Notes: generated by a model not told the origin, from the sequence alone. Positions 25,560-38,301 are shown, counted from the first letter of the whole stretch. The stretch: DNA of 63,171 nucleotides, filler included, from Diploschistes diacapsis (GCA_023645945.1; 9 parts of 9 records of this genome joined end to end with filler, not necessarily neighbours in it), one strand, 5' to 3'. Numbers and translations are program-made.

Positions 25560-26699
25560 ATGGTGCTATCGCTCTTCCTTTGCCTTCCGCTTTGGGCCTT
25601 GACGAAAGCCTCAACGTTCAACATTCCGCCTCCGAACGGAACCTATGGAGTTGATGTCAAGGCTCTTGAGTTGATTGACACGTCGCGACTCGACCCGTAC
25701 GCGCCAAAGGCCGAGAATAGGAGTTTGATGGTCTCCGTTTTCTACCCATCGAGGTATTCCGCCAACTGCACTATGAAGTTTGCTCAGTACCTGCCCAATG
25801 CTACTGCTGCATTTGAGAATCAGCAGCTGGCTGTTTATGGTATCCCCAACGGCACGGTCGAGGCACTACGGCTCTCTCTCTGTCCAACTCATGAGACGAC
25901 CCTCCCCATCGTTCGACAGACCCCAGTAGTGTTATTTTCGCCTGGTCTAGGTACGAGCCGACTGTTCTACAGCGCACTGGCACAGTCTGTCGCCAGTCAA
26001 GGATACATCGTCGTGACGGTGGATCATCCGTATGGCGTGGACGTTGTGGAATATCCAGACGGGCGACTCGTGTTTGGAGCCAATATCAGCACAGAAGCAC
26101 AAATCGAGTTCGAAGTCGAGACTCGCACGCAGGATATTGACTTCGTGACGAGAGCGATGTCAAACCCACAGACGTTCAGCCGCGTATTCCCGGCACATAA
26201 CGGGACATTCCAAGCACACACGGTGGCTATGTACGGCCATTCCCTAGGCGGTGCAACCTCTGCTGCCGCAATGCTGAACAACAGTCGCATCACAGGCGGA
26301 GTCAACCTGGATGGGGAACCTGTCGGTCCTGTTCTTTCCCAGGGACTCTCAAGGCCTTTTCTCATCTTCAATCACGAGAACGCGACAAACCCAGGCGAAG
26401 TACAGCTATGGCAGCACCTCGATTGGAGGCTGAGGCTCATGCTTGCCAATTCAACACACGGAACGTTCACTGACTTCCCAGTGCTTGCACAAGTTGCTGG
26501 ACTGGCTAGCCCACTTCCACCCAGCCTAGGTCAAATCATAGGGACGATTCCGGAGCCACGAGGTCAAATGGTGATTGCGACCTACCTTGTTGCCTTCTTT
26601 GACATGGTTTTGCGATGCAAGCCTTCGGGACTACTCCAGAGCGCGAGCCCAGCTTACCCCGAGGTGACGTTTGTGGACCCAACAACAAGTGCAGCGTAG
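25560..26699 (+). CDS. Secreted PAF-acetylhydrolase-like alpha/beta hydrolase, intronless
   Basis: Signal peptide, VVLFSPGLG, VDHPY, GHSLGG nucleophile motif, NLDG and HGTFTD. Confidence 0.9.
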   Translation: MVLSLFLCLPLWALTKASTFNIPPPNGTYGVDVKALELIDTSRLDPYAPKAENRSLMVSVFYPSRYSANCTMKFAQYLPNATAAFENQQLAVYGIPNGTVEALRLSLCPTHETTLPIVRQTPVVLFSPGLGTSRLFYSALAQSVASQGYIVVTVDHPYGVDVVEYPDGRLVFGANISTEAQIEFEVETRTQDIDFVTRAMSNPQTFSRVFPAHNGTFQAHTVAMYGHSLGGATSAAAMLNNSRITGGVNLDGEPVGPVLSQGLSRPFLIFNHENATNPGEVQLWQHLDWRLRLMLANSTHGTFTDFPVLAQVAGLASPLPPSLGQIIGTIPEPRGQMVIATYLVAFFDMVLRCKPSGLLQSASPAYPEVTFVDPTTSAA

Positions 26700-26928
26700 C
26701 TAGTTAGGCGGATGTTGACTACTTACTGCTGTGTATCTTGTTCTTGTCTTGGTCTGGGGACCCGCGTCCTGTACAAGCTATATCCGTGTCTCGAGACTAA
26801 GCATCCAACTCAAGAGATTTGCATACCTAGTGTGTAGAAATAAAAAAGTAGACTGCCAAGCCTTCGGCTTTAATAGCTTTGTTTCCTTAGTAAGACATTA
26901 GTAAGACACTAAAACACTAAGTTATGTA

Positions 26929-27139
26929 ACGTGTTTCACCACGAAACGGAACACTCCACGAAGCGGAACACAATCCCTGCACCTTCGTAAAATATATTTC
27001 TTAAAGGCCGAAGAATGGGGTAGTGTGGTTGAGAACAAGATTTAGCTTCGTACAAATATGGAAGCGCTCGATCTAGCGCAATTACATTATAATGTAGTGT
27101 TCCGCTTCGTGGGGTGTTCCATTTCGTGGTGAAACACGT
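26929..27139. mobile_element. 211-bp MITE of the pogo/Fot1 family with TA target-site duplication
   Basis: 43-bp TIRs at 26929-26971 and 27097-27139 match at 41/43 positions; TA on both sides. Confidence 0.92.
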
Positions 27140-27173
27140 TATTTATATGCCATGCGGATAAACTACCCGGATA

Positions 27174-27220
27174 TACAGTACTGGGCCAAAAGTAGTTAGG
27201 TACACCATAAGCGGCAGTAA
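27174..27220 (+). mobile_element. Tc1-like TIR at contig end
   Basis: TA-CAGTACTGGGCCAAAAGTAGTTAGGTA shares GCCAAAAGTAGTTAGGTA with the TIR ending at 10173. Confidence 0.7.
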
Positions 27221-27320
27221 NNNNNNNNNNNNNNNNNNNNNNNNNNNNNNNNNNNNNNNNNNNNTTAATTAATTAANNNNNNNNNNNNNNNNNNNNNNNN
27301 NNNNNNNNNNNNNNNNNNNN
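27221..27320. other. Artificial contig-joining spacer
   Basis: N44-TTAATTAATTAA-N44. Confidence 0.99.
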
Positions 27321-27340
27321 CCCCACCACCACTCTCCACC

Positions 27341-29126
27341 TCACCCCGCATGCTCCATAATCTCGCTGACCGGCACCCCATCCCTGATCACGGTCTTGAT
27401 CTGCTCCGGCACCGGACACTCCCGATAATCATCCTCCTCGCTCTCGCCCACAAAGTTGATGTTCACCTGGCTGCACTTGCTCGTGAACACCTCCGTCGCC
27501 AGGCTCTCGCCCCCAAGGTACAACGACGCGCCGTCGACCTGGTCCAGCATGATGGTCGGCAGCGTGCCGAGGACCTGCAATTCGAACTTGGGCGTCTTGA
27601 TCACGTCCACTGCACTCACGAGACTGTCCACGATAAGGGAAATGGAGGAAGACGAGTCGACGGAGATGGCGTTCGCCTTGCCGAAGACGCGGATGGTGGT
27701 TTTGTTGCACTTCGTGATGAGGATGGAGTGATTTATGTTGGCTTCGATTTCGAGTATCGAGCCGGGGGCGTCGTAGTTCTCGATCAGCCATTTGTTGGCT
27801 TCGAGAGTCTTGCGCGGGGGCTTCTTCGTGCGCATATTGTTTGGTTTGCGGCCGGGGATGGGAGATTTGCCGCGTCCAGCTGTGGAGGCGGAATTTGTGC
27901 TGTTAAGAGAATCGGAACGTTTGGCGGAGGGAACGCTGGATTGAGTGCGGAGAGACGGGTTCTTGTGAGTTTGTTGCGAAGGGTCGACTTTACGGAGACC
28001 AGAGGTTACGTCGGAGCCCCGAGATAGCTGCTCGAAGACGGCGCCCATGTCAGCAGGAGCGGCTTTGGGAGCCGATTGAGGAGGGGCGCCAGGAGGTGGA
28101 GGAGGAGGGATGTTGAGAGTGGGCGCTGGTGGTGGAGGGGGTGGAGGAGGCGGAGCGGCGCTGCCGGTGGTAGATGTGGATGGTGGTGCGCCTGATTCAA
28201 CTTGGCGGAGGGCTTCCAGGGCGTCGATGCCGTCTTTGTTGTTCCAGGTTAGACCTGAGGGGTAGAATTGCTGGATATAAGCAATGAGTGATTTGCCAAT
28301 GGCGTAGTACGATTGGATCCATTCGATGTGTTTTGGTTCTCTGCGCTTGCTTTAGTACAACATTTCCCATGTTACAGGAGCCTCATACTTTTCTTTGTGC
28401 TCTTGAGCCACTCGGTTGCCGTAGAACTGGACGGAATCCATCATCTCCTTCACATAGTCATGAGGCTTCGGGTCAATGGTAATCCATGCGAGCATTTGTA
28501 TACCCTCAGCAACGGCGGCGAGATGATTGGAGAACATTGAACCGCGGTTAGTATCTTTGACGCTATCCACTGCACCCATTGTCTCTTGTATGCCCTTCAA
28601 TGTCTGGACGTAGGTTTGCGACTGGATGTCTGGCTTCTTGGCTTTCGTGGTGACCATGATGAACTTGCACTCCGCAGAGAAGGCTTTAAGGACAGAAGCT
28701 GCCTGCCCAGTGGGTAAGTGGCTAGTAGTAAGAAAGTTGCGTGTATCCTACCTGTTCTCCCACAGGACCATCCAGCTTCTGACTCAGTCCCACAAACCTT
28801 TTCACTTCCCCATTGATCAGGTTCTCGAAGGCTTCCACGGCGGGTGGGTTTGCAGGAAGTGTCGGCTGAGCTGGCGGAGCGGCTTGTGCTGAGGACGATA
28901 TTGCGGAGGCACTTCGGGGCATTGCGGTCGAGTCGATCGATGCGGAAGCCGACGGACCTCCCAGAGAAGAGGAGGCTATGTCTTCTAGCCGGGACGTCGC
29001 TGCCTCCAGCCTAGGTAGGTCAGTACCCGGTCGACAAATGATGTAGATATGATGTTGAAGAGCTTTAGGATTGTTGGCATACCTCTTGACCAAAGTAGTA
29101 AGGTTATGCATATTGTTCGCTGCCAT
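27341..29126 (-). CDS. SRV2: Adenylyl cyclase-associated protein CAP/Srv2, multi-exon
   Basis: LTTLVKR|LEAATSRLED (RLE motif), poly-Pro region, WH2-like SGLRKVD and a C-CAP beta-helix ending EHAG. Confidence 0.96.
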
Positions 29127-29806
29127 GATGGAAGCTGCCCGGATTAAAGGTAGGCAAGAGCAGCCTGGGAGCTTAACAGCTATGGATAAGTGATCTCAAC
29201 GTAATAATGGGAGATGCGAGAGATTAAAGTCAGCCCAGATTTCATCTAAAACGCCAACATGCTAGTACTGTACAGAGTCAACTATTAGGGACAATAACTA
29301 TAATCCAAAAGGCTCAGTAACAGGATAAAGCTTGTTCATCCTGAAGCTTTTTGTCCGCCTGTCGGGCGTCCAATCGGTACATGCCTGTCCATAGGGCTGA
29401 CCTTCTCTCCGGCTTCAGGCTTCACGACGGCCAACAATGTATCAATGTATCATCTCCATCCATAAGACGACTACTTCATCCCACTCCATCTTGGCTGCCA
29501 CGCTTTCAAAGGCCTTTGGCCTTGTACACCTTGAAGAAAATATCTCGGCCGAGTCCTCAAGCTACTCAATGCATGTGGAGGAGCTACTGCGAGAATGTGT
29601 AGTAATCGGAGACCGTCTATCTCAAAGACCGATTTTATTGATGATGACCCCCACATGCGCTCATATTCGACCAGAACCCCAGTGAGATGGGGCGAAAAGT
29701 ATAAAGGTTGGTGGTACTGCTCGTATATCAATCTCGTCTCCGTACTATACTTCGCGCATGTTATTGTCTCTCAACCAAGAACACTCCTGAGCCCAAAGAG
29801 CCCGCC

Positions 29807-31186
29807 ATGTCTTACAGAATCGGGGAGCTCATCGATTCCAAGTTCCCACATCATGAATCTCTGAAGGCTCTTTGGGATACAAAATGGAAAAGGCCGGCAT
29901 CCATGGCCATATATCCTTTCATGGACGGCAACATAGCCGACTTCGAACCCATCTTCGCCAAGATAGGAGACATGCGTCCTCCCTATGACTTTGATGCCTA
30001 CGCTAGTGCCTTCTTCCCCACTGCAGAAGCTCTGACGAAAGAGGCGGGAACTGCAGAGGAGTCTGGAAACAGAGACAAAGCTAGAGAGCTCTACCTGCGC
30101 GCCGCAGCCGTCTATCGTATATCGCGCTTTCCGGTCCCGCGCTCGCCGAAGCAAAAGCAAGCCTGGGAGCTGAACAAAGAGGTCTATCTCAAGGGCGCTC
30201 GGTTTCTTGACCCGCCCATAAGCCTCGTCAAAGTTCCACATATCCACGGTCTCGCCGGCACCACCGAGGACGGCTCCGAGCTACCCATCTTCGTCAGTCG
30301 ACCGAAGAACACGAGCGGCCCCGTCCCCCTGCTCCTCACCATCTTCGGACTCGACGGCTACCGCACCGAAGGCACACCAAACCACAACTTTCCCATCTCC
30401 CGCGGCTGGGCCTGGGCGTCCGTAGAAATCCCTGGCACGGGCGACAACCCGTCCCTCAAACAGGACCCCAAGAGCCCCGACCGGTGCTGGACCAGCCTTC
30501 TCGACTGGCTGCAGGCGCAAGACTGGGTCGACAGAAAGAGGATCGTGGTCTGGGGCGTGAGCACCGGTGGCTACTACGCGATGCGCATCGCGCACACGCA
30601 TGCCGATCGCCTGCTCGGCGTCGTTGCGCAGGGGGGTGGGGCCCACCACATGTTCGATCCGGAGTGGCTTTCGAAGGTTGGCGACCTGGAATATCCCTTC
30701 GAGTGAGCCACCACCGCCGCCAGCATCTCCCATCTCCCCACTGCCCATTCCCCACCTCTCAAGGTAGCTAACAGCCCCTATTTATATAGTCTCGATCACT
30801 CCCTCTGCGCCAAATTCGGCTACGACAGTGTCGAGGCCATGAAAAGGGACGCGCAGAAGCGCTTCTCGCTCATCGACAACGGCATCTTCAAGATGCCCTG
30901 CACCAAGCTTCTGCTCATCAACGTGCGTCCGCTCCATTGTTTCCCTTTCACATCCCCCCTACCCGAAAAAGAAGTCCATAACTAATCGAAACCGAGACAC
31001 AAACAGGGCGTCAAAGACTCCATCTTCCCCATCGAAGACTCCCTCCTCGCGCTGGAGCGCGGCGGCGCAGCGGAAGCGCGCTTCTTTGCGTCGCCGCACA
31101 TGGGCGAGCCGGGCGCGACGAAGGCGGGGCAGGAGTGGATCGCCGCGCTCATTGCTTCTTCCTCTTCCACTTCTTCTTCGTCCTAG
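29807..31186 (+). CDS. Ayg1-like polyketide-shortening alpha/beta hydrolase; 2 introns
   Basis: HHESLKALWDTKW, YPFMDG, LRAAAVYRISRFP, GLDGYRT, WGVSTGGYYA and HMGEP. Confidence 0.88.
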
Positions 31187-31755
31187 CTTAGCTTACGTGA
31201 CGGCATGCACAATGGAACTGGAAATGTTATATGAACAGGGGGGGGAGGGGGAAGGGAATGGTTGGCTGGCGCTTAGCGAAAAGGGGCAGGGCCCTAGCCG
31301 CCCTCTCTTCTGGATCAAGGGCAGTTCGGAAGTTCAAAAGGTTGCTGCTACTACTTTTGTTCGGTGACGGGGGGTTCTCCACCGCGAACATCACATCCGT
31401 AATCTAGTAATCGTGGTCTGGTTATATCGCGGGAGAACTGCAACACGCTGCCTAGAATTTCTACGGAAAAAGCCTCTACGTCAAGTACGAGTCGCGGCTT
31501 TTTGTCCACCCCTAAGTCTATGTTCGGCCCCGAATCGAGTTCTCATGTATGTATTCGTCTTGGCTACGTAACTTCGATTCACTACCCTTCCGCTCCTTCT
31601 GCGTCGAGACCTTGACATTCACCACAGCATAGTACACGAAAAGCAAAGAACCGTCTACTGACAAGCTTCCATTACTATCTATTGCTGCTATCTCTAGCAA
31701 ATCCACGAGTATACTAGCAAGCTCATGCATGATCAAGTATCGAGCTATCCCACCC

Positions 31756-31855
31756 NNNNNNNNNNNNNNNNNNNNNNNNNNNNNNNNNNNNNNNNNNNNT
31801 TAATTAATTAANNNNNNNNNNNNNNNNNNNNNNNNNNNNNNNNNNNNNNNNNNNN
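31756..31855. other. Artificial contig-joining spacer
   Basis: N44-TTAATTAATTAA-N44. Confidence 0.99.
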
Positions 31856-32160
31856 GCCTATAAACGCTTTATATACCTCGCGAGGATATTTTCTTATTTA
31901 ATAATTAAAAATTACTACGCTTTATAATTAACAAATTTTTCAGAACGGCCATTAAACTTGTCGAGAAGGGAAGAAAAAGAGATATTATTACGCCGAACGA
32001 TTTCACGGAACGACAGCAAGAAGAATCGAGTTTTCGCTTCGATGAAAGCATTTTCCATCATCGAGAATATCTAGGATTAAATTAGTAAAAAATAAAAAAA
32101 TTTTTAGAACTTACAATAGATAAAAAAGGGGAGGGCATTTTAGGTATAAAAAGCGCTTAT
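31856..32160. repeat. AT-rich RIP-like remnant at the start of the 26.8-kb contig
   Basis: TpA-rich, no ORF. Confidence 0.45.
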
Positions 32161-32592
32161 GGATGATCGGTTACTAGGGTCCGCTCGGTTACTAGGGGCA
32201 ACACTCTAGTGATCGCGAGAGGCTCGGCCCTAACAGCGGCCAGCAGTTGGTTTCCTGATGTGTTGGATCCCGGGGAAGGAATTGGCATATACCTGCAACG
32301 AAGAAAAAGCTGGACTAAGAGTTTCGACCACAGACCCACCTCGAGCACACTTTCATGAAAATTGTGAGTGCATATCATAAACGCATCATTTCCGGACTTC
32401 TGCGGCTAGCTGCATCACCAGCGACGGTACTGCCGGAAATCCAGAACATATCATACGAGTGACATATCGCACGAGAGTCTTTTCCCATGCATTCGCCAGG
32501 ACGGCCGCAGAGATTCTGGTTTCTCGTGTCCATGTCAACAACAATGGACGTGATTTTTGGTGGGTCGCTCCCCCTGATATTACGTCGTAATA

Positions 32593-34082
32593 TCAATTGC
32601 TTGTACAGCTATCATTGTGCCCGCCATCGTCTTGATTATCGGCGCCGGTTCCACCCTCGCCAGAATCATCTCCAGCACTTTCATCACTACTGGGCACAGC
32701 ATTACCATCACCCGCACCAAATGAAACAACATTGTAGTTGTAGTTGTACAGACTGCAACCAGAGTCTACCACATCCACATTACTCACGGCTCGACCGATG
32801 ATAACTTCATTTTGAACAACTTCGACCATCTGGATTCCGACTTTCACACCCTTGATACTTCCGTAAGTCAGACCAGTAACACCCTGGGTACTGTGAAGCA
32901 GTGTCTTGCCAGTGTAGACATTAATAGTGGCATCGATGCTCACCGGTAGCAGGACAGCATAATTGATAGCATCGAATCCGTTCTTGGATCCGTCCGGCTT
33001 GCCCAAATGGTCTGCACATGTAGTGTTCAGAGATAGAGGTCGATACCACATTGAACCTTGAGGACTGGTCGTATTCGGAAGGATTTCTGCTATCGTTTTT
33101 GCATTTCCCTTGAATGCCTTGATAAATGGCCCCATTACTTGACGCCATGCTGAATGGTCATATATGGCATACGCTTTGATGGCCTCACTGGTAGAAATCT
33201 GACTGTCAAAGACATTGCCCATGCTAAATCCATTAACGTTGGACATTCTGAAATATGGACAACTTACTAGTGCCCTTCGCCAGCATCATTCCAAGTGAGG
33301 ATCTCAACCATATCTGGGTTGACCTCGAGAATCTGTTGCATCTTCATAGGTAGATTAGCTTCTCCAATTCTCATCCAGTTCCAGACATCATTGTTGGTGC
33401 CAGGCATGTGCTTGTACTGGAAGGTCGACAACGCCATCATATACGTCTTGCCTCTGCCGTTTGCATGAGCAGCATCTTTCATCTCTTGGTCGATATTGCT
33501 GGTCACGTTTACGACACCATTTTGTATCTCTGGCCATGCAGACTCCCACCCAAAGACGCCATTAGCGACAGGGAAATCTCCAAAGAAATTATCGCCATAG
33601 TCTTTGGCATTGTCGAAGTTCGGCATGAAGTAGACGTCTTGACCAAGCTTGTCTATCACTTCATCCTTCCACCATTGGTTTGGACTGCTTGATCCCTGGT
33701 TCAAGGTGCCGCCACTGAAAATCGATACAAATGGTAGATTGTTGTGTTCGTAGTAGGAAATGTCGTCCGTATAATTCTTAATGCCTTGAATCCACTGCGT
33801 GCTGTCGCTGGTAGCGTAGGTATCGATGGAGAAGAATAATTTGAAGTCGGCGTTCTTGATTAATCTGAAGAGCCGTTCTAGCGACGCGGTAGCCCATGAA
33901 GATGTCCAGTCTCCCATGTTGAGCGCGAAAGCATCGAGACCAAGATCGATGGCATCTTGAATATCTTTCTTAGCATCAGCATCACTACGACATGATTAAC
34001 TCGCTGTGGATGCCCAAAACAAAGGACTAACAAATAATTTACAAATCCGAAATTCTCACCTGACCATAAAATCCCACTTAAT
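32593..34082 (-). CDS. Glycoside hydrolase family 71 (alpha-1,3-glucanase/mutanase); first exon with signal peptide not found, possible pseudogene
   Basis: DIQDAIDLGLDAFALN, FKLFFSID, FGWESAWP, VEILTWNDAGEGH|YMGN, DHSAW and WYRP. A 44-nt intron lies near 33225-33268. Confidence 0.85.
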
Positions 34083-34824
34083 CTGGTTTCATTGCATTAG
34101 CGCAGCTATTTCGAGAGCAGATGTTTCAAAGGCATGATGTTTTGCGGCACAGAAAAAGAATAACAAATCATATAATTTAAATATTTATAAAATAATATAA
34201 ATATGTATGGATCGGCTTCGATATGCTATAAGCTGGGAGTAGATACTGCTTGAGTACTGGAACGATATTCGAGAAATCCTGCCATAGAAGTGTCCGGCGT
34301 GGTCTGTAGAGTGAAAGCCTACGCTGTTGTGTCCCTACAATCAATAGCTTATGTATCACTACAGAATGACCAGGAGGAGGTTACCTTTCGACCTTTCATG
34401 CATAGAAAGCCTTTTAGGAAATTGCACTGGTCAAGCCATTTTTTTGAAGTTTTATAGTGAATGAACTCGGAATATTCTATGCTGGCTGCATCGAGAAAGA
34501 CTGTGCTCCATGGAAGAGGCCGACGATGGTGGGTGCGTTGGCGGAAACATATCATGTCTAACAGATGTTCATTTCTTCCAGGTGGTGATTTGATCTGCAA
34601 GGATTTGCAAAAGTGTCGATCATTTATCTTTAGAAGGTCTGTGGATTCTTGAGTAGTGCCAGAGATTCTTTCCAGCAGAACGGGAAGAAATGCTAGGACC
34701 TGGTTTATAGTACTGAGTATAGGCATGTAGGCATGACATTCCTTAATATGCTAGAAAGCTTAGAAGGATGCCTGCAACACAATTGTGAAGGTCCATAAAG
34801 TAATCTTCCATATGAGGCACGTTT

Positions 34825-37337
34825 TCAACCCAGTTTGAAGGTTTGAAGTTGTCCTGGTCTAGTTTTGCGCATATTCCGTTCTATGATGCGAGCTCTGACT
34901 CCAAGATTAGAGCGATGAACAGCCGAAGCATGATTGCAGAATTGATCAGGATCTTGTATCAGTTTGCCGCAATCTGGAATAGGACAAATGAATGCGCCAA
35001 CCTGATATTGAAAGTGTACCATTTGATAGTGTCGCCTCAGATGGTCCTTGCGTTTGAAGAGATGGTTGTGGATTTCTGGCTTATAGCAGAAAAGACAAAC
35101 ATTTCGCGGTAATGTAGACCGTATTTTAGAAAATCTTCGGAAGCTTTAAGATGTTAGATGCTCGTTGTGACCTCTTTCTTTCCGGTGCCCGTTGTGGTGT
35201 AATCGGTCTTTGTGTTTTGGGTATTATAGTAAATTTATGTATTTAATAGTTACGGTTCTCCTGCGGTATTTGCCAGCATGATTTCCATGTCAGTAAAAAC
35301 TGGCTCTAAGCACAGAGCCTCGCCTGTAACAACTACAGGATTGCATTGGGCCGAGAAAACTTAACTCGTCTTATTTTTAACTTATTCAATATGTTCTTTA
35401 TTCACAGGACATGACTTGCTATCGATTCGAACTAGCTCGATTAATAAGCAAAAACGTGCCATAGATTTTATGATAAATACAAAATTCTCGTTGTCTATAG
35501 GACAGAATAGCTTGTCTATAAGCCGCTCACGTTCTGGCAACGAATCCCTGGATAGAGGTATCATCGCCCGTAAAGCGGGAGCTTCTCCTTTTAACTACAA
35601 CAGCATGTAGAATGGAAGTTGTCCAATAACTCCTTAAAAGCGATTCTTTCATAATTAAACTTCAACGTGCGAATGGTCTAAGTCATTAAGACCAATTCTT
35701 AATGACGACGACGATCAGGATAATCCGATGATGCTTTGTTAAGCTGTCCGTAAGTACTCTTGAACTGTAAATATAGTTCATAATATTGCTTTTATGCAGC
35801 TAAGAGATCGTCTTTCTGATATAAATGCTCTTTTTAAGTCGACGATAATGCTTTTAACAAATTTGGATCGCTACGCAGCCTGAGCTTGCCCATCTCTTTT
35901 ATCATGTCTAAACGAGATTCCATACCGAGAAATACAGCTTGCACGTCAACGACAACGCTTAACGAGAGATAATGCTTGAGGAAGGTTTCGGATCGAGCGT
36001 GACCCATGATTTGATTACGTTGTTGATCACTCACTCCTCGATCTGAAATCTTCAGCATTATACAACATCAGATATATTGTTAATATTACCTGTCAATTCT
36101 GTGCCAACCTCTCGCCGGAAGCAGTAAGAACGAAAGTCATGTTCCAGCCCCGCTAGTCGACCAAGTCGTTTACATTCTTCACTTACATGAGAAGCCGAAA
36201 GAGCTTGGCTTGGATGGATTTCCGCACCTCCAATCTACGAATGCCACGCCCGAAAGACAGAAATATTAAAAATATCCGCACGGAATTTAAACTCAATCGC
36301 TATTCTCCTTTCGGGACTTTTGAAGGTGTACAGTTTTAATGGCGTCAGGCCCTACTCCATCAGAATTATATAGAAAGCCTTGTCCGCGAAGGCCAGTCCG
36401 AAAAAATGGAATATTAGACACATCGTAGGACACTAGCGATTTTCGTAGAGCGTGATCGTCTTTAAAGAGGGACGTTTTCTCTTGCCTTTATCGAAACGAA
36501 TTGTCACTTCGAGGAAAAGTAATAAACTTCCATTCGGAAGTTGCAAAAGCTTGAGCTTCACATCCCGATACAAAAATGCTTAATTAGGCCTTTTATAACT
36601 AATACTCTCGACGATCGCACCAGATCTCGCGCCAGTATAGGCGAGGAACGGAAACACCGTAAGTAACTGTAACCTCTCACGTTCGTAGGGAAAGCGAGAT
36701 GTATCGAACGTCCAATAATAATAAAGCATACCCATCAACGCATAATGACCAACAGTATATGTCTACTTCATACCACGTATCAAAGAATGCTTAAGGGCGA
36801 AGGCGTTCTATAAATATTACCTGAAATTAGTATAAATCGACCATTGTATTTACTATCACTCGCGTTCGCCACCGGCTTACCAATATGATCTGATACACAT
36901 TGATGGGTCTTGTCGTAGTACAGCTCACGTATCGATTTCCATGTCGTCTCGAAAATGGTCAACCTACGCGCTCGAGGATGAGATTTGCGATACCATTCGA
37001 GGAAAAGAATGAAAGTCTTAGTGTCAGAATTCTCCAAGAGCTTTCCTAGGCCCTTCTTGCGATAGGTCCTACAGAATCCGTAAAGGTCAGCAGCCAAAAA
37101 TACAGGACTCGAGGATGCTTACTCTCGCCATGTATCCCACCACCGTGCCTAAAGCCGCACCGTGGCATCTGCGAGCTCACGTTGAATCATAGGTACATCC
37201 AAAGCATTAACCTCCTAAAGAAGCCCAAACATCTCTTCATCAGAGACTTCCGAGACGAAATTGCTGCCGTTGTCGGACTCACGGTCAGCATCGACAAACG
37301 GGCTTATATAAGGGTTCATATACTGAAATGCTGGCAT
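34825..37337 (-). pseudogene. DUF3435-like tyrosine recombinase with a C-terminal C2H2 finger (Starship captain-like), inactivated by stop codons
   Basis: ERERLQL..AYTGARSGAIVES, LYRDVKL, FRSYCFRR, RNQIMGH..TFLKHY..VDVQAVFLG and CPIPDC..FCNHASAVH. In-frame TAG/TAA stops near 37216, 37150 and 36581. Confidence 0.85.
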
Positions 37338-38301
37338 GATTCTCTGTCAATAATAAAAGGATGGAGAAAGTAGCTAAGGTCACAGAGTGAAGCAAGAAGA
37401 GAAAAATAAGGACGCAATATGAGAGAGAGACAGAAAGACAATCGAAAGAAATAGAGAACAGCATCCTCGAGAAATGCTTCAGATTCAAGCTACCTCAGGC
37501 GGAAGCGCTCAATATCAGCCACGAGCAGGATGGTCAGACCGATCTTCGTGATGGAGGGCAGCATGATACGGCGAGAGCCGTTTGGATACATGACGAGGAG
37601 CGAAAGATTGCACGAAGAGCAGCGTACTGAAAAAAAGCAGTAAAGTGAAGGCAGACTCCCAGCAGACAGCAGCAAGACGAGTAGTAGCAGAAAAGCGAAG
37701 GGAGCAGCATCGAAAAGACGAGGCAGCAAGCAGCAAACTAAACCGCATCCGGCCAGCTAAACCCTTTGAGGAAATCTCGGACACAGAGATGACGCGCTAA
37801 GTTAGGTTCCATACAAATTTTTATGTGCATTTCCTAGAGCAGCTCATTTTCAGAGCTTAATGCGTCGCTTTTCAGGCCATCTAAATCTAGAGAGAGAACC
37901 TTCTTGTAACAGCTGTAGCTCGTTTATGTAATGCATACTAATTACTATGGGAACTAGATATGAGCTATACGGCTTGGCAAGCACACTATATTTGGACAGG
38001 GTGGGGAGCAGGTGGTGCTCATGAATCATCTCGTACAGATAGATGTAGTACTAAGTATAACGACATCAAGCAAAATTCACAGCTGCAAACCTTAGTCCCA
38101 TTACTCCCATGTCTTGACGTCAATGACGATGATGCCATGACGACGCCATGGTGGTGCGGCTATATAATCCAGACGGACAATAAGAATCCACAAGTCGATA
38201 TTCACCATCAACCAAAGAATACAATAGCGAGAAAACCATCTTAGGACTTTGCCATTGCGAGAATTACCCCAACAAACACCTACATTAACTGCATCACGAT
38301 A

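Noticed and set aside
27350..28027. Long antisense or alternate-frame ORFs (also at 39639-40433, 40191-40742 and 45621-46067)
   Set aside because: These are shadows of GC-rich real genes.
23586..31186. MBOAT, PAF-AH and Ayg1 as one biosynthetic cluster
   Set aside because: A spacer at 27221-27320 separates them, and no backbone enzyme is present.
34177..34726. ORFs beside the captain as Starship auxiliary genes such as DUF3723
   Set aside because: No diagnostic motif recognised.
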